A DNA stretch of 34,227 bases. Origin: a virus. Below the pieces are notes generated by a model. That model did no database searches. It saw only the letters and a list, made by a program, of their open reading frames with translations, and was not told the DNA's origin. Positions 1 to 6,737 of this stretch are shown in pieces (positions within the stretch are counted from its first letter, which is position 1; the number at the start of each line of letters is the position of its first letter). The stretch lies in IMG/VR virus record IMGVR_UViG_3300002461_000302, positions 1-34,227 of that record; one strand, given 5' to 3'. The translations under genes and the position numbers were made by a program.

Positions 1-94
1 CGCTTCACGGGTTTACCCCACGTAAGCCACACTTGCGCCAGGAGGTAAGCCACGCTTGCACATGCAAGCCGGGCTTACGTGGTGAAAACCCTTG
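1..94. repeat. Left copy of the 94-bp direct terminal repeat (identical to 34134-34227)
   Basis: Read directly: cgcttcacgggtttacccc...ggtgaaaacccttg is present at both ends. It contains internal GTAAGCCAC repeats and nested inverted repeats. Confidence 0.95.
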
Positions 95-95
95 G

Positions 96-347
96 TCAGT
101 GCAAATTGGCATCCGTTCGCTGGGCGCTGTAGATCGTGACGCCCAGGAACAGCCAGCGGACGGTAAAAATCGTGTAGCCGCCGGCTGTCTGGGTTGCGTC
201 TGCGGTAATGGTGCGCTTGAGCATGTAAAACTCCTGATACCGCGGCCACAAAGGGCGGGGCCGCTTCGCCGTTGAACTGGTACGATGGCGCCAAAACGCG
301 CGCGCGCGAGGCGACAGCAGAAAATGCTGCTTTTCCCCCGCTTTCAT
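96..347 (-). CDS. Small membrane protein, last gene of the early-right operon (83 aa, or 42 aa from the ATG at 224)
   Basis: The ATG overlaps the upstream stop (ATGA at 344-347). The C-terminal part is hydrophobic (YTIFTVRWLFLGVTIY). An internal ATG at 224 is preceded by AGGAG at about 7 nt. The start is unresolved. Confidence 0.45.
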   Translation of the reverse strand: MKAGEKQHFLLSPRARAFWRHRTSSTAKRPRPLWPRYQEFYMLKRTITADATQTAGGYTIFTVRWLFLGVTIYSAQRTDANLH

Positions 348-631
348 AGCTTTTTCTGCCCCGCGATTGCAGCCCAGGCTTTCCGGATGCTGTGCGCTGC
401 GGCCTCGATCAATCGGCGTATGGCCCAGCTGGTGGACCGTTGCTGATGTCGGGCCAGCGCTTCCTCCGGGTCCCCGACCAGCAGCACCGGGCGGCCGTCC
501 AGCATGACGGTGGTCAGCAGCACGCCCATGGCGCTGGTGCGAAAGTTCAGCATTCGGACGTTCCGGAAGTCCTCACCAAAACAGGCGGCCTTGTCGTCAG
601 GCGTGGCGGTGGTCAGGTCCATCTGGATCAT
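344..631 (-). CDS. Hypothetical early protein (95 aa)
   Basis: ORF is ATGA-coupled to both neighbours and has C-biased wobble like the recognisable genes. No motif recognised. Confidence 0.55.
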   Translation of the reverse strand: MIQMDLTTATPDDKAACFGEDFRNVRMLNFRTSAMGVLLTTVMLDGRPVLLVGDPEEALARHQQRSTSWAIRRLIEAAAHSIRKAWAAIAGQKKL

Positions 632-867
632 GGCCGGGCCTCCAGCGATTGCGTCAGCATGGCCTGCGCGTCCCGTTCGCTCATGATCTGGCCCGGCCTG
701 GGCGGCAAGCCCCCGCCCTTGATGCCGTCCAAGGCGCTGCGCTCATCCACCAGGGATTGCGCCAGCTTCACGGCGTACTTACCGCCCCTGAACGTCCCGG
801 CCGCGTGCTGGGCCACGATGTCATAAGCCCAGACCATGCCGGGCGGGATCTTCTGCGGCTGGCTCAT
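628..867 (-). CDS. Hypothetical early protein (79 aa)
   Basis: Track ORF 628-924 trimmed to the ATG at 867, which overlaps the loader stop (ATGA). No motif recognised. Confidence 0.5.
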   Translation of the reverse strand: MSQPQKIPPGMVWAYDIVAQHAAGTFRGGKYAVKLAQSLVDERSALDGIKGGGLPPRPGQIMSERDAQAMLTQSLEARP

Positions 868-1745
868 GCTGCGGCCTCCTTGCGGGCGGTTTTGCGGTAG
901 CTCTCCCCCTTGAAGGGAACCCATTTGGCGGTTTCGGTCAGCCGATCCATGACGCGCTCCCCGACAAACTCAACCAGTCCCGGCGCGTCCTGGTTCGTCA
1001 GGATGATGGTCGGCCGCATGTTGCGGTAACGCTGGTCCAGCACGCCGAAAAGCAGCGTCTGCTCCCCGTCCGTGCCGTACTGGACCCCGACTTCATCAAG
1101 AACCAGCAGGTCGATTTCGAGCCCAAATTCCGTCAGGGCATCGCCTTCGCTGCGGTCGGAGTCCCGGCGCCACGTCCCGCGGATTTCCTGAATCATTTCC
1201 ATGCAAGTGGCGTAGCGCACGGAATACCGGCCGACCAGTGCCAGCATGATGGAGCTGGCCAGGTGGCTTTTACCGGTGCCCGGGTGTCCGGCCAGAATCA
1301 GGCCCAGGCCGCGGCGCAGGTTTTCGGGGAATTGCTCCACGTAGTCCCGCGCCATCGTCAGCGCGCGGGTTTGCTCGGGTGTGGTCGCCTTGAAGGTTTC
1401 AAACGTGCGGTCATAGAACCGCGGCGGGATGCCCGCGCCCTGGATTTTGTCCCGGCGGCGGTCCAGTTCGGCGATGCGTTCGCGCTCTGCCTGGTCGCGT
1501 GCGGCGGTTTCCCGCTGCTCGGTTTTGCAGTCTGGGCAGTCCTCCCACAGTTCGCGCGGCGCTCGGCTGGGCAGGTTCAAAAGGTGGCCATTGCTGAAAA
1601 ATCCACCATGCCGGTGGCAATTCAGCTGCATCCGGCCCAGCGGCGTGGTCGGTGTTTTTCGGTAAATCGCCAGCATTCGGTCGGCGCTCTGGCGCTCGGC
1701 TTCACCGGTTGGCTGATACTCGGGGGAGACTGAACGATCCGTCAT
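864..1745 (-). CDS. DnaC/IstB-like AAA+ replicative helicase loader
   Basis: 293 aa. Walker A GHPGTGKS and Walker B LLVLDEVG. N-terminal Cys/His cluster (CHRH...CPDC). Lies directly downstream of the initiator gene. Confidence 0.85.
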   Translation of the reverse strand: MTDRSVSPEYQPTGEAERQSADRMLAIYRKTPTTPLGRMQLNCHRHGGFFSNGHLLNLPSRAPRELWEDCPDCKTEQRETAARDQAERERIAELDRRRDKIQGAGIPPRFYDRTFETFKATTPEQTRALTMARDYVEQFPENLRRGLGLILAGHPGTGKSHLASSIMLALVGRYSVRYATCMEMIQEIRGTWRRDSDRSEGDALTEFGLEIDLLVLDEVGVQYGTDGEQTLLFGVLDQRYRNMRPTIILTNQDAPGLVEFVGERVMDRLTETAKWVPFKGESYRKTARKEAAA

Positions 1746-2658
1746 CTTCGATTCCTTTCGATGGGTCTTTGCTTGCTAAACCGGTGTGTCTGCCAGTGCT
1801 GGCTGGGCGCCGGGGGTTTGAATTGCCGCCGGGCGGCTTAAATGGGCTGCGGTAACTGCTGGTGATGCTGTGTTCAATGATTTCGACGGGATCCAAACCC
1901 TCGGCGATGTATCCGGCCATGCGCTTTAGCTGCAGCCTCACGGCCTCCGCGGTCGGGCTCACCTTGCGGGCTTTGAGGTCTGCCAGCCAGCGAAGCCACA
2001 GCGGACGGTCGAGCCCTTCGGGTAGGTCAACGGTCGCGGGATCAAAGCCCTTCGGGTTTTTGTCTTTCGGCTTTTTTGAATCCGTCGATCCGGACAACTC
2101 GAAGCCCTCCAAAACATCGCCATCGCTTTTATGGTTATCTTTGGGTTCTGTTTTGGGTTCTTTATGGTTAGGGTCCGCCCCATGCACTAGTGAGTCCGCC
2201 CCATGCACTAGGTCTAGTGCGCCCCGTGCACTAGGTAGTGCATCTGGCGCACTAGCTGAATCGTCCCGGTAGTCCTTCACATGCACTAGCACTAGTGCAG
2301 GAGGCGCACTAGATGGCGGCATCTGGTCTGCATCAGGTAGTGCAGCGGGCGCACTAGTAAAGGCTCTGGACTTGCGCGCTTTGGTCAACGGCGGGGGCGT
2401 GAATGCGGCGGGCTTAACCACGTATCGGGTATGGCGCGGGTCGTTGCGGTCGGCTTCCACCACGCCGGTGGCCTCCAGCGCCTTGATGGCTGCAATAACG
2501 GCATTGCGGGAAAGGCAGGTGTATTCCTGCAGCTTGGTCAATGACGGCCACGCGCAGCCGTTCGCAGCGCTCTGCATGTCAGCCAGCGCCATAAGCACCG
2601 CCTTTGCCGGGTGCGGCATCTGGAGGGGTGCACATTGGCTCATAACCTCATTGCTCAC
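1702..2658 (-). CDS. Replication initiator (lambda O-like role) with N-terminal winged-helix DNA-binding domain
   Basis: 318 aa. The N-terminal segment PAKAVLMALAD...SLTKLQEYTCLSRNAVIAAIKALEATGVV is typical of phage initiator wHTH domains. A low-complexity linker (repeated LVH/LVHGAD) is encoded by the iteron DNA. Overlaps the loader gene by 44 nt. Confidence 0.7.
   Translation of the reverse strand: MSNEVMSQCAPLQMPHPAKAVLMALADMQSAANGCAWPSLTKLQEYTCLSRNAVIAAIKALEATGVVEADRNDPRHTRYVVKPAAFTPPPLTKARKSRAFTSAPAALPDADQMPPSSAPPALVLVHVKDYRDDSASAPDALPSARGALDLVHGADSLVHGADPNHKEPKTEPKDNHKSDGDVLEGFELSGSTDSKKPKDKNPKGFDPATVDLPEGLDRPLWLRWLADLKARKVSPTAEAVRLQLKRMAGYIAEGLDPVEIIEHSITSSYRSPFKPPGGNSNPRRPASTGRHTGLASKDPSKGIEDDGSFSLPRVSANR
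2127..2170. repeat. AT-richer A-B-B-A repeat block next to the iterons (candidate DNA-unwinding element)
   Basis: TTTATGGTTA at 2128-2137 and 2161-2170 flanks TTTGGGTTC at 2140-2148 and 2152-2160. The block is locally AT-rich in a GC-rich genome. Confidence 0.5.
2174..2357. repeat. Iteron array (putative origin of replication) inside the initiator gene
   Basis: GCACTAG cores on the + strand at 2184, 2205, 2228, 2249, 2283, 2289, 2306 and 2351. Inverted CTAGTGC/TAGTGCA copies at 2214, 2236, 2292 and 2338. The first two copies are a perfect 17-mer, TCCGCCCCATGCACTAG, spaced 21 bp apart. Confidence 0.75.
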
Positions 2659-3041
2659 GCGGCGCCCTTCGCCTTGAGCCCCACACGGCTGGCGGCCTTT
2701 TCCATGCGGACAACCAGATCGGCCTGGAGAGATACCGCGCTTTGAAAGGAGCGCATGAGGTCGGCCACTTCATCCCGCGGTTCAATCGGGGTTGTCGGCG
2801 CGTAGCCCAGCACCTCGAGGATGTAGGCCACGCCACCGTGGTAGCCTTTTTCTCGCGCCAGTCGTAGCACCAGCAAAACCTGGTCCGGTGACAGCTTGGC
2901 CGGGCGGTCATCGTTCAGGCAGTCCAGCAGCTGGCGCTGGGCGTTTTCTGCCAGTTTCTCGGGCCAGATCTTGGGGCCCACGATGGCGGACCCGCCAGCG
3001 GCGCGCACGCAATCAATAAGCGCTTGTGTCAGTGTGTCCAC
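2655..3041 (-). CDS. Phage regulatory protein, CII-like (186/P2 CP76-type resemblance)
   Basis: 128 aa with a GTG start preceded by GGAAAGG. The segment DRPAKLSPDQVLLVLRLAREKGYHGGVAYILEVLGY resembles the CP76-type CII family as I recall it. Sits at the lambdoid position downstream of cro. Family assignment is unverified. Confidence 0.5.
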   Translation of the reverse strand: MDTLTQALIDCVRAAGGSAIVGPKIWPEKLAENAQRQLLDCLNDDRPAKLSPDQVLLVLRLAREKGYHGGVAYILEVLGYAPTTPIEPRDEVADLMRSFQSAVSLQADLVVRMEKAASRVGLKAKGAA

Positions 3042-3059
3042 GGGCTACCTTTCCGACAA

Positions 3060-3097
3060 CTTGCGAAAAAGAAAAACGCTTTCGCAAGCGTTCGCAA
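3060..3097. promoter_or_regulatory. Cluster of TTGCGAA/TTCGCAA heptamers including a 9-bp inverted repeat, in the AT-rich cro to cII-like spacer
   Basis: CTTGCGAAA (3060-3068) and TTTCGCAAG (3080-3088) form a perfect inverted repeat with an 11-nt spacer. A third TTCGCAA lies at 3091-3097. A/T runs follow at 3101-3120. Confidence 0.5.
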
Positions 3098-3132
3098 AGA
3101 CTTTTTTGGGCAAAAAAAACAAACTACCCACC

Positions 3133-3375
3133 ATGTCCAAAACCATCACCCCACCCCGCGCCGGCCTTGTTCCGTACCACGTCAGCGCCCACACGCGCAC
3201 CGCCACAAACACAGACGCCACGGGCGAACCCGTGACCGACCTTGTGACTTCTGAGTTGTCCATGCACTGGCATGGCGGGGAGTTGCGGCTGGTGCACCGC
3301 TGGGTGAACCTGTCACGACAGAGGGCCCCGCGTGCACCGATGCGTGCAGCGCGCGGCCGGAGGTACTGGCCTTGA
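3133..3375 (+). CDS. Candidate 80-aa ORF antisense to the early-right operon (hypothetical)
   Basis: Wobble positions are C-rich like bona fide genes here. The overlapping minus-strand ORF (3045-3383) has G-rich wobble, as expected of a shadow frame. No clear RBS or promoter is visible. Confidence 0.3.
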   Translation: MSKTITPPRAGLVPYHVSAHTRTATNTDATGEPVTDLVTSELSMHWHGGELRLVHRWVNLSRQRAPRAPMRAARGRRYWP

Positions 3376-3386
3376 ACCGCCATCGG

Positions 3387-3629
3387 TCAGGCCGCGGCGG
3401 CGGTTTGTTGCGACTGCTGGCCGTCCTGCTGGGCGCGGGCTTTGCGTTTTTCGCGTGCCTCGATCTTGTCCCGCAGCGCCTCGAGCGCGCGGAAGTACGA
3501 AAGCCGGATGTCCTTCGCCTTGCCGCGCTTCAGCTTGCTGATAGTCGCCTGCGGAATCTTGGTTTCTTCTTCAATCTCTTCCTGCGTGTAGGTGCGCAGG
3601 AGGTTGATTACAAGGGCTTGAGCTTCCAT
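3387..3629 (-). CDS. cro: Cro-like HTH regulator (first gene of the early-right operon)
   Basis: 80 aa. HTH segment YTQEEIEEETKIPQATISKLKRG. AAGGAG RBS. Divergent from the CI gene across a 79-bp operator region. Confidence 0.7.
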   Translation of the reverse strand: MEAQALVINLLRTYTQEEIEEETKIPQATISKLKRGKAKDIRLSYFRALEALRDKIEAREKRKARAQQDGQQSQQTAAAA

Positions 3630-3648
3630 GCTGTCGATACTCCTTAAT

Positions 3649-3665
3649 GGATATTCCTTATATCC
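3649..3665. promoter_or_regulatory. 17-bp operator-like inverted repeat GGATAT-N5-ATATCC
   Basis: Perfect 6-5-6 dyad overlapping the -10 of the PR-like promoter. A related 8-bp palindrome, GAATATTC, lies at 3681-3688 and recurs at 4860-4867. Confidence 0.6.
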
Positions 3666-3690
3666 TACACAAGCGCAAAAGAATATTCAA
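3662..3690 (-). promoter_or_regulatory. PR-like sigma70 promoter for the cro-like operon
   Basis: On the minus strand: TTGAAT (3690-3685), a 17-nt spacer, then TAGGAT (3667-3662). The AAGGAG RBS and ATG at 3629 lie downstream. Confidence 0.55.
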
Positions 3691-3708
3691 GTGCGGGACA
3701 CTCGAAAC

Positions 3709-4347
3709 ATGCCGAATCTCGCAAAAAGATTGAAATTTGCACGCCAGCAGGCGGGCATGACCCAAAAGCAACTGGCCGACGCTGCCGTCATGCGCCAGAG
3801 TGATATTTCCAAAATCGAAAATGGAGACATCCAGCGGACTACGTACATAGGCCAGCTGTCCCGGGCGCTTGGGTGTGATCCGATCTGGCTTGAGACTGGC
3901 GACGGCGCGCTGGTGAAGGGTGCGCACCTCGAGCCCGGGCCGGTGCTAAGCGGGAGGATCCCGCTTATTTCCTGGGTACAGGCCGGCGCATGGTCGGGCG
4001 CACAGGATCCGCTGGCGCCTGGTGATGCAGAGGCATGGCTGGCCAGCCCGGCAACCCCTACGCCTGGAGCGTTTGCCCTGCGGGTGCGCGGTGACAGCAT
4101 GACGGCTGCCGGCGTGGGCAAGTCCTACCCGGAGGGGTCAATAATTTTTGTGAATCCTGAACGTCGGGCGCCGGTCAACGGTGAACGAGTCATCGCCAAG
4201 CTGGACGGCTCGGACGAGGTGACATTCAAGGTTTACAAAAACGAGGACGGGCGCCAATGGCTGCAGCCTCTGAACCCGGCGCATTTGCCGATCCGTGATG
4301 AATTCAGGGTGCTGGGCACCGTTTTTGGAAAGTGGGAACCCGAATGA
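3709..4347 (+). CDS. cI: CI-type repressor: N-terminal XRE-family HTH plus C-terminal S24 (LexA-like) autopeptidase
   Basis: 212 aa from the ATG at 3709. HTH MTQKQLADAAVMRQSDISKIENG. S24 Ser/Lys dyad context RVRGDSM ... RVIAKL. The track ORF start at 3628 would overlap cro and the operators. Confidence 0.9.
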   Translation: MPNLAKRLKFARQQAGMTQKQLADAAVMRQSDISKIENGDIQRTTYIGQLSRALGCDPIWLETGDGALVKGAHLEPGPVLSGRIPLISWVQAGAWSGAQDPLAPGDAEAWLASPATPTPGAFALRVRGDSMTAAGVGKSYPEGSIIFVNPERRAPVNGERVIAKLDGSDEVTFKVYKNEDGRQWLQPLNPAHLPIRDEFRVLGTVFGKWEPE

Positions 4348-4559
4348 ATCTCAAGCTGTACCTTAAAACCCTGCCGGGCCGCGTGGTCTTCACCCTGCTG
4401 GTCATGTTGGTGTGGTGGCTGGCCGTCGAATTCTGGCCAGACAATGAGGAACCCGCGCCCGTGGCCGCCGGGCAATGCGTGGGGCTGCAGTGCACCTATG
4501 CGGACGACACGGCAAAGGCCTTGCAGGCGCAGGACCAGCTGACGCCAGCGAAAAAATAA
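4344..4559 (+). CDS. Small membrane protein co-transcribed with cI (candidate exclusion/immunity accessory, rexB/sie-like position)
   Basis: 71 aa. ATGA overlap with the cI stop. One strong TM helix (VVFTLLVMLVWWLAVEFW). Confidence 0.6.
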   Translation: MNLKLYLKTLPGRVVFTLLVMLVWWLAVEFWPDNEEPAPVAAGQCVGLQCTYADDTAKALQAQDQLTPAKK

Positions 4560-4564
4560 CCGCC

Positions 4565-4813
4565 TCAGTGTTTCGGCAGCCCCGCGCCCGGGGTGTCGCC
4601 GTCCGCCAGTTCTCCCAAAACCTCCCGCACTGAATCTAATTCAGCCGGCGGAAGGTCGGCCATGGTCCCCAGGATGTACTCCCTGCGCGTGCCGTCGGCC
4701 ATAGTCAACACCAGCACCGCCCCCGGCAATTCCCCAGCCTCTGCCAGCGCCAGCAGTCGCTGAATTTCCAGCACCACCGCCTGGTGTTCCGGGGATTTGG
4801 GCGTTTTCGTCAT
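4565..4813 (-). CDS. Hypothetical 82-aa acidic protein, convergent with the cI operon and divergent from the PL-like promoter
   Basis: Isolated minus-strand ORF between two plus-strand units. No RBS is visible and no motif was recognised. Confidence 0.45.
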   Translation of the reverse strand: MTKTPKSPEHQAVVLEIQRLLALAEAGELPGAVLVLTMADGTRREYILGTMADLPPAELDSVREVLGELADGDTPGAGLPKH

Positions 4814-4851
4814 TTATTTTTTCACTGTTACAAAAAATACGCGCAAAAGGA

Positions 4852-4882
4852 TTGACCTGGAATATTCATTTGGGAATATAAT
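4852..4882 (+). promoter_or_regulatory. PL-like promoter for the early-left operon, with operator-like GAATATTC/GGAATAT sites
   Basis: TTGACC (4852-4857) and a perfect TATAAT (4877-4882). The 19-nt spacer is long. GAATATTC at 4860-4867 and GGAATAT at 4859-4865 and 4873-4879 lie inside it. AT-rich context. Confidence 0.5.
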
Positions 4883-4921
4883 GGACACAAGGCCCGGGTG
4901 TTCTGGGCAGGAGAAAGCAAG

Positions 4922-5518
4922 ATGTCCAGAGACTATATTTCATGCGCCGACACTGCCGCGCTGATTCGCAAATCCCTCAAAGAATCCTTTCCCGGTATCA
5001 AGTTTTCGGTGCGCTCCAGCACCTATAGCGGCGGCGCCTCCATTAATGTGCGCTGGACCGATGGCCCCAATGCCGCCCAGGTCGAGGCGGTGGCCGATGT
5101 GTTCAGCGGCTCCTACTTCGACGGCCAGACCGATTACAAGGGTAGCACTTATGCCCTGATGGATGGCAAGCAAGTCCGCTTTGGTGCTGACTTCATTTTC
5201 TGCAATCGGTCTTTCAGTGATGCCGCTGTCCAGCGTGCCATCGATCAAGTGTCCCGCGCCTTCGCTGGCAACTTCGCCGAAAAAAATATTCCTGTCCCCA
5301 CTGTGGCGCAGTACCGCAGCGGCGAACTATACCGCGCCCAGATCATGGACAACGGCAGCGATTACTGGAGCCTGCAGAGCCTTATCAGCCGGGCGATGGG
5401 CAAGGCCTCCGACCGGCTGGCGGTGGCCAAGTCGCTGACCGCCGGCAAGGTCATTTATCTGGGCAATGACGGTTACAGCCAAGTCGGCGCCCTGTCCCCT
5501 GCACTGGTGGAGGCCTGA
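4922..5518 (+). CDS. Conserved phage/conjugative-element protein (LPD29-like domain resemblance), first gene of the early-left operon
   Basis: 198 aa from the ATG at 4922 with an AGGAGA RBS. The motifs FPGIKFSVRS and INVRWTDGP resemble a domain I recall from large polyvalent proteins. Recollection only. Confidence 0.55.
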   Translation: MSRDYISCADTAALIRKSLKESFPGIKFSVRSSTYSGGASINVRWTDGPNAAQVEAVADVFSGSYFDGQTDYKGSTYALMDGKQVRFGADFIFCNRSFSDAAVQRAIDQVSRAFAGNFAEKNIPVPTVAQYRSGELYRAQIMDNGSDYWSLQSLISRAMGKASDRLAVAKSLTAGKVIYLGNDGYSQVGALSPALVEA

Positions 5519-5522
5519 CCCC

Positions 5523-5669
5523 ATGGCCGAAGCCCTTCAAACCCTGAATGCCCTGATTGCCCGGGGCATGGAATTCCCGGACGCGCTCTATCGGGCGTGT
5601 GTCGATACCGGCGCCAACAGCGACGAGCTGACGGACGCATATGACGCGCAGTTTTCGCGCGGCAGCTGA
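5523..5669 (+). CDS. Hypothetical 48-aa acidic protein
   Basis: ATG at 5523 preceded by GGAGG. Lies between two larger operon genes. Confidence 0.4.
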   Translation: MAEALQTLNALIARGMEFPDALYRACVDTGANSDELTDAYDAQFSRGS

Positions 5670-5696
5670 ACCCCCTTCAAAACTCAGGAGTTACCC

Positions 5697-6371
5697 ATGC
5701 TGAAAATTGACAATCAAACCATGCTCCGGCCGGGCTCGCCTGCGGCCACGTCCGTGGTTTTCAATGCGACTCACGACATTGAAAACTTGTGTTCCGCCAT
5801 GCTGGACCAAGCCAATGAACTGGACACCAGCCTGGACGCACAAGGACCGGCCGCCCTGCTGCGCGCCATGGTGATGCGGGTCCAGGCGCTGAACTCGGTC
5901 ATCATGAGCTACACCGACGGCGACGACATCACGCTGGCCGCCGGGTTCCGTGAGTTGTACGGCCGCGAAGTGGGGGACCGGTGCCTTGTCGCTGCGCAGG
6001 CCGACCAGGAGGCCATGCGCGAAACCATGTTCATGGAGGGTATGGCGCTGGCGGCGGACTTCTGGGCCGCGGCCGGGGATGTGGACGCGGATGCCTGCGA
6101 GTTGGCGGCCAAGTATCGCAAGCGCGGTCAGCCCCAAAACAATTTTGCCTTGTCGAATGTCATGCAGCTACTCGAGCGCCCGGCGCTGGCGGAAGGCTTT
6201 GCGGCCGTGCTGTCCAACATTGCAGCCGTCAATGGTCAGGTCGATCCCGCAGAGTTTGCCCGGCTGACCTATGCGCAGATCCAGGCAGCACCTCCCAAGC
6301 CCGCCCGCAGCGCGAAGCGCGCCCCCGCGGAAGCCATCACCGCCCGCGCCCAGATCCTCGAAACCGTCTGA
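5697..6371 (+). CDS. Hypothetical early-left protein (224 aa, acidic, helical-looking)
   Basis: CAGGAG RBS and protein-like composition. The opposing frames are Arg/His/Gly-rich shadows. Confidence 0.65.
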   Translation: MLKIDNQTMLRPGSPAATSVVFNATHDIENLCSAMLDQANELDTSLDAQGPAALLRAMVMRVQALNSVIMSYTDGDDITLAAGFRELYGREVGDRCLVAAQADQEAMRETMFMEGMALAADFWAAAGDVDADACELAAKYRKRGQPQNNFALSNVMQLLERPALAEGFAAVLSNIAAVNGQVDPAEFARLTYAQIQAAPPKPARSAKRAPAEAITARAQILETV

Positions 6372-6377
6372 ACCGCC

Positions 6378-6704
6378 ATGTCACAAACAACAAACAAAAA
6401 ATCCACCGCCAGGGCGCCCCAGACAGCGCAGGCGCTGCGCGGGGTGGGCATCTGCAACAGGCTGGCATCTATCGAGACAAGCCACAAACAGGCTGTAGTG
6501 GACCTGCTGCGCGGCCTGCTTCAGTACGCGGAACAGCCCGGCGCTGATGTCCGGTCGATTTTCTTTGCCCTCCAGGAAGGCCCGAACGGCTTCCGGACCG
6601 GCGTTACCGGGCACTACCGGAGCCGCCCTATCGATGCCCTGCCCGCCATGGAAGCCCTGCGCCGCAAGTTGCGCTGGGAATTGTGCTTCACCGAATTGGC
6701 CTGA
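6378..6704 (+). CDS. Hypothetical early-left protein (108 aa)
   Basis: ORF in the operon. Its start region GCCATGTCACAAACAAC nearly repeats that of the next gene. Confidence 0.55.
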   Translation: MSQTTNKKSTARAPQTAQALRGVGICNRLASIETSHKQAVVDLLRGLLQYAEQPGADVRSIFFALQEGPNGFRTGVTGHYRSRPIDALPAMEALRRKLRWELCFTELA

Positions 6705-6737
6705 GTGCCGCCCCTCAAAACCTGAAAGGAATCTGCC

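Noticed and set aside
3084-3097. TTGC-N6-TTGC (lambda CII box) read on the minus strand
   Set aside because: The pattern is exact, but it reads TTGC in the direction of the cII-like gene, not toward cI. No -10-like hexamer follows at the right distance. The local regulator resembles 186-type rather than lambda-type CII. I treat it as a by-product of the TTCGCAA repeats unless binding is shown.
3628-3708. N-terminal extension of cI from the track start at 3628 (and the analogous long starts at 924, 11727, 12116, 12613, 27439, 32195 and 32536)
   Set aside because: The extensions overlap upstream genes, operators or a terminator hairpin. Internal ATGs give ATGA coupling or proper RBS spacing, so the shorter forms were annotated.
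4825-4840. LexA/SOS box upstream of the 82-aa minus-strand gene (CTGT-N8-ATAC)
   Set aside because: Only one half-site matches CTGT-N8-ACAG. The second half (ATAC) does not. SOS control is more simply explained by the S24 autocleavage domain of CI.
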